Source: a virus | Lineage: Duplodnaviria; Heunggongvirae; Uroviricota; Caudoviricetes | Length of the DNA stretch: 64,000 nt | Direction: 5' to 3' (one strand) | IMG/VR virus record: IMGVR_UViG_3300025861_000004 | Notes under the pieces: model-generated | What the model was told of the DNA's origin: nothing | What the model saw: only the letters and a program-made list of their open reading frames with translations | The model's database searches: none | Translations under genes and position numbers: made by a program | Shown: positions 58,286 to 64,000 of the stretch, in pieces | Numbering within the stretch: the first letter of the stretch is position 1 | Layout: the number at the start of each line of letters is the position of its first letter

Positions 58286-58458
58286 CGGCCCTTCTTTGGA
58301 GCAGCTGTAGGGGGCTGCTCTTGAGGGGTGTCCACGTCATGGCCCTGGGGCGCTGGGACTTCATGCTTCTCAACGAAGGCATTGACCATGCGGTGGGCCA
58401 GTTGGACCTCGTCGAGGTGCTCCGGGCGTTCTGTCTTGGGTTTGCTCATCTTCGTCAT
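58282..58458 (-). CDS. Small basic protein next to the right IR (~58 aa)
   Basis: RPEHLDEVQLAHRMV resembles small proteins recalled at the ends of IS1/IS1595-like cargo elements. Confidence 0.55.
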   Translation of the reverse strand: MTKMSKPKTERPEHLDEVQLAHRMVNAFVEKHEVPAPQGHDVDTPQEQPPTAAPKKGR

Positions 58459-58497
58459 GAAGCGAACCTTGCACGGCACCCCGAGCTAAGCAACCCG

Positions 58498-58534
58498 CGA
58501 AGCTTCTGGTCGGACCTCAAAGTCACCCACTACC
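58498..58534 (-). repeat. Right terminal inverted repeat
   Basis: CGAAGCTTCTGGTCGGACCTCAAAGTCACCCACTACC. Confidence 0.92.
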
Positions 58535-58676
58535 GATGTACGAGGTTGTCGGGCGGTAGCCGCAGGTCATACTCCGCTATGTGAGGAGGATCGGGCAGGC
58601 CCGGAAAGATGGGGGGAGGACGTTCGGCGTACGCCGCCGCCCACACGGCCCGGCGCCATTCTAGTTCATCGGCCAT
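58530..58676 (-). pseudogene. Phage gene truncated by the IS element (48 aa left; its stop codon lies inside the IR)
   Basis: ATG 30 nt after TCAGCTC; the frame runs into the IR and stops at TAG 58530-58532. Confidence 0.65.
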
Positions 58677-59530
58677 ACGCCCTGTGGCGCGCGCAGCGGT
58701 GCGCTGGAGCTGACCTCCACGGTCGGCTGGAGGAGCAGGTCCCCGGCCGACCGTGCGGTCTTCTCCGCGAGCGACAGGTACTCGGGGTCCACCTCCACCC
58801 CGATGGCGTCGCGCTCGGCGCGTGCCGCGGCGAGCAGGGTCGTTCCCGTGCCTACGAACGGGTCGAGCACCGTGTCGCCCCAGAAGGAGAACATGCGCAC
58901 CAGGCGGTCGGCGAGCGTGAGGGGAAACGGGGCGGGGTGGTCGGGATCGGTCGCGCCTGGGATGCGCCACACCTGCTGGAACCACTCGGTGAAGTGGGCC
59001 TTCGAGATCCGGCTGCGCGCCCGCTGCTCCTCCGTGGGGGAGCGGTACCCGCCAGGCTTGCGCTGGAGGAGGATGTACTCGACGTCGCTCTTGATGATCG
59101 CGTTCGGCTCGTAGGGTTTGCCAAGGATGCCGGCCCCCTCATTCTCGTAGTCGATGTTGGCGACCTTGTACCAGAGGATGGGGTTCAGGTTGTCGAAACC
59201 CACCTCGCGGCACCGCACCACGATGTCCGCGTGGAGCGGGACCACCAGGTGGCGGCCGTGCTCCTTGCGCGCCAGGCACACGTCCCCCACCACACAGACC
59301 AGCCTCCCGCCCGGTACGAGCACCCGGAAGGCGTGCCGCCACACGAGGGCGAGCTCCGCGAGGAACCTCGCGTAGTCGTCGATGTGCCCCATCTGGCCGG
59401 GCGAGTCCCGGTACGCCTTGAGGTTCCAGTAGGGTGGGGAGGTGAGGACTAGGTGGACCGAGGCGTCTGGGACCCATGAGAGGTCCCTCGCGTCCCCCAG
59501 GCGCAGGTGGATGCGCGGAGTGCGGCTCAC
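58661..59530 (-). CDS. DNA methyltransferase (N4-cytosine/N6-adenine, beta class), orphan
   Basis: VLTSPPYW and VLDPFVGTGTT; GTG start at 59530 follows GGGTAGT-N7. Confidence 0.93.
   Translation of the reverse strand: MSRTPRIHLRLGDARDLSWVPDASVHLVLTSPPYWNLKAYRDSPGQMGHIDDYARFLAELALVWRHAFRVLVPGGRLVCVVGDVCLARKEHGRHLVVPLHADIVVRCREVGFDNLNPILWYKVANIDYENEGAGILGKPYEPNAIIKSDVEYILLQRKPGGYRSPTEEQRARSRISKAHFTEWFQQVWRIPGATDPDHPAPFPLTLADRLVRMFSFWGDTVLDPFVGTGTTLLAAARAERDAIGVEVDPEYLSLAEKTARSAGDLLLQPTVEVSSSAPLRAPQGVWPMN
58677..58713 (-). promoter_or_regulatory. Class A motif (TCAGCTC-N30-ATG)
   Basis: Exact spacing; lies inside the end of the MTase gene; second box weak. Confidence 0.6.
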
Positions 59531-59538
59531 AACAAGCA

Positions 59539-60180
59539 CTACCCTCCCGCGAGGAACCTGCCCGCCATGGTCCAGAACCGATGCGCGTCCTGACCCGAGT
59601 AGTCGGTCCCGCAGGCCGCGCACCAGACGTGTAGGTTGCGGTCCGTCGAGACCTGCCCGCAGGACCGTATGACAGGGACGCGGCGGCGGCGATTCACGCG
59701 CTCGCGCTCCTCGTCGGACATCGAGTACCAGCGGTCCAGCGCTGCGTTCCAGTCTCGCTGGAGCATGTCCGCGACGGCCCCGAAGAACTCGGCCTCCGCG
59801 ACCGCGTGCTCCCCGCGCGGGATGAGGCGCTCAAACAGCCTTCGGGCCTGCGCGACCGCGAGCTCGGGGTCCATGGAGATCCCGTGGTGGTTCCACTTGC
59901 CCGTGTTCTCGTTCGAGTCGAGCCCCAGGTAGCGCGCGAGGCACGGGACGTCGAACCGCACGTATATCCACACGCTCGCGTACTTCCCCTGCGGCTCGAC
60001 GTGGACGTTGGCCCAGCCGGCGCGCGTGAGGAGTCGCATGTAGAGGGGGTCCTGCTCATGGTGCATCTGATGCGTCACACCCCCCTCGCAGGCCATCTCG
60101 CGCAGCGTGCTGGCGAGGAGCATCGCGGTGCTGTGGGCGGGGTCCATCTTGGGGCGGCGGGTGCGGGTCTTGGTCGGCAT
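59539..60180 (-). CDS. Hypothetical protein (213 aa)
   Basis: Full class A motif upstream; NTGKWNHH motif; C-terminal CAAC. Confidence 0.75.
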   Translation of the reverse strand: MPTKTRTRRPKMDPAHSTAMLLASTLREMACEGGVTHQMHHEQDPLYMRLLTRAGWANVHVEPQGKYASVWIYVRFDVPCLARYLGLDSNENTGKWNHHGISMDPELAVAQARRLFERLIPRGEHAVAEAEFFGAVADMLQRDWNAALDRWYSMSDEERERVNRRRRVPVIRSCGQVSTDRNLHVWCAACGTDYSGQDAHRFWTMAGRFLAGG

Positions 60181-60217
60181 GCCAAGTAGTCGATGTTTCG
60201 GGCTCGATCGGAGCTGA
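60181..60217 (-). promoter_or_regulatory. Class A promoter motif (TCAGCTC-N17-TCGACTAC-N5-ATG)
   Basis: Consensus match. Confidence 0.8.
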
Positions 60218-60931
60218 CTACTTGTCGTCCTTCCACTTGCTCGTCACGTCGTTTATCCGTCGGAACAGCGTGATCCCGCGCTCCCCGAGCGCGTCTAACG
60301 GTTCGACCTCGCGTGAGTCTCCGGCGAGCCACTCGTCTAGCGTCGCAGGCCATCCCTCCCCGACGAGCATCACGTGGGGGTGCAGGGAGAGGAGCTCGCG
60401 GACCAGGGCCGTCCGATGCGTGGTGATGAACAGTCCCGTGAGGTGAGGCGGCGGGATCGTCAGGAACTTGGCAAGCTCGCGCCCCATCGACCGCGCCCAG
60501 CGGTCTGATAGGCCCGTGTCGGGCTCGTCGAGGTACACCGTGTGGGGCTTCTCGCGCTTCTGCGAGGTGCTCATCATCGACGCGATGGTGTTCGCGGAGT
60601 TGTGGCCCGTCGACTTCCAGGACTCGTCCCCGTAGACGAACCCCTTCATCCCCCACATCCCGTCCGAGCCTGCCCGCGCCTCCATGCTGAGCGGGATCGC
60701 CTCGACCTTGTGCTCCTTGGCCGCCACGGAGATGATCCGGCGCACGAAGCTCTTTCCCGTGGCGTTGTCCCCGAGCACCAGGCACAGGGGGCCTTGTCCC
60801 GCCGCGTAGCGGACGCAGAGCAGCCCCTCGTTGATGAGCCTTCGCTCTAGGGTCCACTCGATGAGGGTCGTGATGGTGGGGGTCTTGCTGGTCTGGGGAG
60901 CTTCGGCCTCTGTCGGCTTGCGCTTGCGCAT
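60218..60931 (-). CDS. Minimal ABC-fold ATPase (237 aa)
   Basis: Walker A GDNATGKS, STG signature-like segment, Walker B/D-loop VYLDEPDTGLS, H-loop FITTH. Confidence 0.82.
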   Translation of the reverse strand: MRKRKPTEAEAPQTSKTPTITTLIEWTLERRLINEGLLCVRYAAGQGPLCLVLGDNATGKSFVRRIISVAAKEHKVEAIPLSMEARAGSDGMWGMKGFVYGDESWKSTGHNSANTIASMMSTSQKREKPHTVYLDEPDTGLSDRWARSMGRELAKFLTIPPPHLTGLFITTHRTALVRELLSLHPHVMLVGEGWPATLDEWLAGDSREVEPLDALGERGITLFRRINDVTSKWKDDK

Positions 60932-60968
60932 GGCAGGAAGGAGCACCCACAGGCCGGACGAGAGCTGA
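60932..60968 (-). promoter_or_regulatory. Class A motif (TCAGCTC-N30-ATG), back-to-back with 60972
   Basis: Exact spacing; GAGCTGA-TAG-TCAGCTC palindrome; second box not conserved. Confidence 0.65.
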
Positions 60969-60971
60969 TAG

Positions 60972-61008
60972 TCAGCTCCGGTACTGCGGTACTCATCGAC
61001 TACATGGT
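60972..61008 (+). promoter_or_regulatory. Class A promoter motif (TCAGCTC-N17-TCGACTAC-N5-ATG)
   Basis: Consensus match. Confidence 0.8.
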
Positions 61009-61332
61009 ATGACGACCCCTAATCTTCAGCAGGCGACTCGCGAGCTCGTGAAGCTCCTCAACGCGCAGCTTGGTACGAGCTACACCGACGTGGACGCGCT
61101 GTTCTTCGAGGCGGTCATCGTTCACACGATGAAGGACGAGAAGATGCAGGAGGCCGCCATGGGCGAGAGCCGGGCGGCGTTCGCCCAGACCCTGAGCACC
61201 GAGCTTCCCCGCCTGATGCGGGAAGTCATCGACGCGCAGCAGGCGATCTTCAACCGCTATGTCGCCGACGACGCCTTCGGCCACGAGCTACGCAAGAACC
61301 TGAGCGCGGCCGTCTACGCGGCGGCGCGCTAG
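61009..61332 (+). CDS. Hypothetical helical protein (107 aa)
   Basis: Full class A motif upstream. Confidence 0.75.
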   Translation: MTTPNLQQATRELVKLLNAQLGTSYTDVDALFFEAVIVHTMKDEKMQEAAMGESRAAFAQTLSTELPRLMREVIDAQQAIFNRYVADDAFGHELRKNLSAAVYAAAR

Positions 61333-62042
61333 GCGTCCTGCTCGGACGGAGGATCTGCGCACATCTTGCGCAGGCCCCCCTTGTAGAGGGGGTCTTCCGT
61401 CTCGTAGTCTGGCCCCTCTACCTCGTCGTCCTCGTCCTCGTCCTCTTCCGTGGGGTCCCGAAGCAGGTGCGCGATCTTGGCCTGAACCTTCACGAAGTCC
61501 AGGCGCTGAAGGATCGTGTGTGACGGTAGGTACCCATCATCGTTCGCGAGGACCTTGATGGTCCCGAGGTGGACCCGCATGTGGGTCACCTCGTAGGGAT
61601 AATCGTCCCTGTTGTGAACCTGCCGCACGTACTTCTCGACGAGGTCCAAGGCGTCCTCGTTCCCGTTGAGGGGAACGAAGAACCGCCAGGTCTCCCCCTC
61701 GTGGTCGTTGTGCTCGGTGAGCACGAGGCAATCGGTAAGGGCGGCTAGGCCGGGGTCTTGCGGGGGGACGAACGGCGTGACCGCTTGGGGGTCGAGCGTG
61801 TTCCCGTGGTCAGTCTCCACGAGGATCGCTTGCGCGCCGGCCCGCTTGTTCGCGAGCAGGCTGTGGACCGCAAGGGCGGCCTCCTCGGGGTCGCGCACCG
61901 AGTAGGAGTTCTCGGGGAAGCGGAGCTCCTCAGCGGAGGCGTCGGAGGCGAACAGGTGGACTCGCAGGGGTGGCCAGGGCCCCGCGTCATCCAGCATTCC
62001 CACTACCTTGGTTTCTCCTCGAAGCGGCTTCTTCTCGCTCAC
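61329..62042 (-). CDS. Hypothetical protein with acidic tail (237 aa)
   Basis: GTGA coupling with the upstream gene; EEDEDEDDEVE stretch. Confidence 0.7.
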   Translation of the reverse strand: MSEKKPLRGETKVVGMLDDAGPWPPLRVHLFASDASAEELRFPENSYSVRDPEEAALAVHSLLANKRAGAQAILVETDHGNTLDPQAVTPFVPPQDPGLAALTDCLVLTEHNDHEGETWRFFVPLNGNEDALDLVEKYVRQVHNRDDYPYEVTHMRVHLGTIKVLANDDGYLPSHTILQRLDFVKVQAKIAHLLRDPTEEDEDEDDEVEGPDYETEDPLYKGGLRKMCADPPSEQDA

Positions 62043-62734
62043 TTGCGCCTCCCGATGTCGGTGTTGAACGTGTCGATGAGGGAGATCATCTCCCTGACCT
62101 TTTCGGGGACTACCCGGAGGTTGTGGTCTTCCAGGGCGGTACCGACGAAGAAGTCTGTGGCCAGCGGGAGGAAGACGGGGAGGTTCCCCATCGTCATGCC
62201 GCTGGCGATCGCCAGCGGTGCGTCCTTGGGCATGAGGGAGCGGAACCACTCGATCTTCTGGGTCGTAGGAGGTTCGCCTGTCCTGGGTCCCGAGGTTGTC
62301 ACCACGAACCCAGGGTGCGGGTCGGCGGCGTAGTCGTGGAGGTGTCGCTCCACGATCTCCGGGGGGTCGTGCTGTCCCTTGAACGCCAACCCCCCGTACG
62401 TGATGTACGCGCCCGTGGGCCGGACAGCGCTCGTCTGAACGGAGATACAGTCGACCCACGAGTCGCAGTTGAGTTCCTCTAACCACAGGGGTGGGGTCCC
62501 CATGAGGTGGTTCACCGTGACCTGCACGCTGCTCTTGTGAGGTATCCGACGACGTACGGACGCTGCGATCCACTGGACCTCCTCGATCGTGCAGTACTGG
62601 TCGATGAGGGCGATCGCTCGCGCGCCGGCCCCGATCGCGACCCCCGCGTCGAAGATGCCCCGCTCGTCGTCCTTGGCGTGGATCACCACGTGGAGGCGTC
62701 GTGGAGTCTTAGGGGCGAACAATGTGGTCGTCAC
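62039..62734 (-). CDS. BtpA/SgcQ-like TIM-barrel protein
   Basis: YGGLAFKGQ, VVTTSGPRTG, LAIASGMT, DFFVGT match the recalled BtpA-family pattern. Confidence 0.75.
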   Translation of the reverse strand: MTTTLFAPKTPRRLHVVIHAKDDERGIFDAGVAIGAGARAIALIDQYCTIEEVQWIAASVRRRIPHKSSVQVTVNHLMGTPPLWLEELNCDSWVDCISVQTSAVRPTGAYITYGGLAFKGQHDPPEIVERHLHDYAADPHPGFVVTTSGPRTGEPPTTQKIEWFRSLMPKDAPLAIASGMTMGNLPVFLPLATDFFVGTALEDHNLRVVPEKVREMISLIDTFNTDIGRRK

Positions 62735-63044
62735 GGACGGGGTCCCTCGTGAAGAATAGGTGGAGCAGGAGCCGCTGGAACCAGGTGCGCGCGCGCACCA
62801 GGCGCCACCCCTGCCGCTGGGCGTGCCAGGAGGGGTGGAAGACGCCCCGGTGGCACTGGAAGACGGCGAACGACTCCGGGTAGACCGGGCACGGCATGTC
62901 GTGCTCGGCGGTTGGGCCGACGAACGCTACCGTCGGCTGGAGCGGTTTGCGGTCGACGATCTTCGACCACTCGAAGACCTGCTTCTCGTCGCGGAAGTCG
63001 TAGGGGGCTTCGTCTTGATCGGCTTCGGGTCGGGTGTCGGGCAT
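62709..63044 (-). CDS. Hypothetical protein (111 aa)
   Basis: ORF in a co-oriented run; overlaps its neighbours. Confidence 0.55.
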   Translation of the reverse strand: MPDTRPEADQDEAPYDFRDEKQVFEWSKIVDRKPLQPTVAFVGPTAEHDMPCPVYPESFAVFQCHRGVFHPSWHAQRQGWRLVRARTWFQRLLLHLFFTRDPVRDDHIVRP

Positions 63045-63448
63045 ACGGGTTTGTCTTCGGGCTTAACCGGAGGGGAGCTGTTGGCGACTTCCCGACGCCT
63101 GCGGATCTCGGCCGCACGTGAGATGGCGGCGGCCGAGGTGTCGAGATGCTCAAGGACGACCTCCTCCTCCTGCACCTTCTTGACGACCCCGTACCAGCGC
63201 TCCCGGTACCGATTGCCCGACGTGGAGATGTAGTCGGCCCCAAACTCTACCGGGTCGCCGACCGCAAGCTGCTCGGTCTGGTACAGGCAGATTCCCCGGC
63301 CGCGAGGCAGGAAGCGACGGGACAATCCGCCCGGCTTGGTGGCGTCGATCCCGATGATGGCGACCCAGTTGAGTCCCCGCTTGCTGCCCTCGAACACGGG
63401 GGCCTCCAGCAGCACGCCGGGAGCGGCCTTGAGGTGGGTGACTTGCAT
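62927..63448 (-). CDS. Hypothetical protein (173 aa)
   Basis: ATG 30 nt after TCAGCTC. Confidence 0.7.
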   Translation of the reverse strand: MQVTHLKAAPGVLLEAPVFEGSKRGLNWVAIIGIDATKPGGLSRRFLPRGRGICLYQTEQLAVGDPVEFGADYISTSGNRYRERWYGVVKKVQEEEVVLEHLDTSAAAISRAAEIRRRREVANSSPPVKPEDKPVCPTPDPKPIKTKPPTTSATRSRSSSGRRSSTANRSSRR

Positions 63449-63485
63449 GCCGGGTTGTTGGGTCGTGGTGCGTCGATGGAGCTGA
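63449..63485 (-). promoter_or_regulatory. Class A promoter motif (TCAGCTC-N17-CCAACAAC-N5-ATG)
   Basis: Exact spacing; back-to-back with 63490. Confidence 0.75.
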
Positions 63486-63489
63486 CGAC

Positions 63490-63526
63490 TCAGCTCCGCT
63501 TCGATAAAGCCTCTCGACTGTGAGGC
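63490..63526 (+). promoter_or_regulatory. Class A promoter motif (TCAGCTC-N17-TCGACTGT-N5-ATG)
   Basis: Exact spacing. Confidence 0.75.
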
Positions 63527-63913
63527 ATGGACGCGCTAGAGAACCCCCAAACTGTCTGCGGTGAAGACCATCCATCTGACGACTTCTGCGACCAGTGTCA
63601 GGTAACGATAGGTATGCGGGAGCGATTCCTCGCGACGCCCATCTACGACGTCAACTACCTCATCGAGGCGCTACTCGAAGAGACGCCCGCCCTCGCGAAC
63701 GAGATGCCTTTGCCGCAGGTACTGGAGACTTTGGGGTACTCCGTTGGAGGTTTCATGACCTTCAACCTTGATGACCTCGACGACCCCATCGACCTCGACG
63801 CCGACGACGGCCAAAACCGTGCGGGGCTGAGCTATGTGGCCTGGATGCGCGCGCTCATCGACCTGCTTGGTGCGCACGAAGTAGCCCATAGCTACTTTCG
63901 CATCGGCGAGTAG
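63527..63913 (+). CDS. Acidic hypothetical protein (128 aa)
   Basis: Class A motif upstream; CDQC. Confidence 0.75.
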   Translation: MDALENPQTVCGEDHPSDDFCDQCQVTIGMRERFLATPIYDVNYLIEALLEETPALANEMPLPQVLETLGYSVGGFMTFNLDDLDDPIDLDADDGQNRAGLSYVAWMRALIDLLGAHEVAHSYFRIGE

Positions 63914-63929
63914 CTGGGTATCTCGTGGC

Positions 63930-64000
63930 GTGCCTGGCGCATCCCGCAACCTCAGGGGTAGCAGCTACAACCGCCGCGCGCGCCGCGCATGGCTCGTGGA
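63930..64000 (+). CDS. Possible start of a gene running off the window
   Basis: GGGTATC-N7-GTG; reads MPGASRNLRGSSYNRRARRAWLV. Confidence 0.3.
   Translation, partial: MPGASRNLRGSSYNRRARRAWLV

Larger units (their letters stand above)
52835..58534. mobile_element. IS1-family cargo-carrying element, 5700 bp, with 37-bp terminal inverted repeats
   Basis: IRs differ at 2 of 37 positions and begin GGTAGTG; the element contains an IS1-type DDE transposase and passenger genes and is visibly more AT-rich than its flanks. Confidence 0.88.

Noticed and set aside
58661-59530. Restriction-modification system
   Set aside because: No endonuclease gene is adjacent; the neighbours are a truncated small gene and a hypothetical protein.

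Overview
This window reads as a GC-rich segment (roughly 68-70% by eye) of a large contractile-tailed (jumbo myovirus-like) phage. The host is probably a myxobacterium, inferred from recalled similarity of the sigma70-region-4 protein and the tandem Pol-beta nucleotidyltransferase pair to Myxococcota proteins. The first ~29 kb is a mostly + strand virion module. It holds three paralogous proteins, a gene ending in a 31-aa split-intein N-fragment, a 1765-aa tail sheath, a tail tube, two chaperone-like genes, a tape-measure-like protein and two very large baseplate/tail candidates. A complete groES-groEL pair follows. From ~31 kb onward is a mixed-strand accessory region: an RecA homolog with a degenerate ATP site, a vWA protein, a UDG-like protein, two minimal ABC ATPases, two orphan DNA methyltransferases, two Cys/Pro/Tyr-rich low-complexity proteins, an AAA+ ATPase, two nucleotidyltransferases, several membrane proteins and a BtpA-like protein. 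A 5.7-kb IS1-family cargo element with 37-bp terminal inverted repeats lies at 52835-58534. The strongest non-coding signal is a bipartite motif, WCAGCTC-N17-YCGACWAC-N5, placed exactly 30 nt before an ATG in 13 accessory genes; it suggests a phage-specific promoter class making leaderless mRNAs. No capsid, portal, terminase, tRNA or CRISPR array was recognised. All family assignments come from motif recognition and recall, not database searches.
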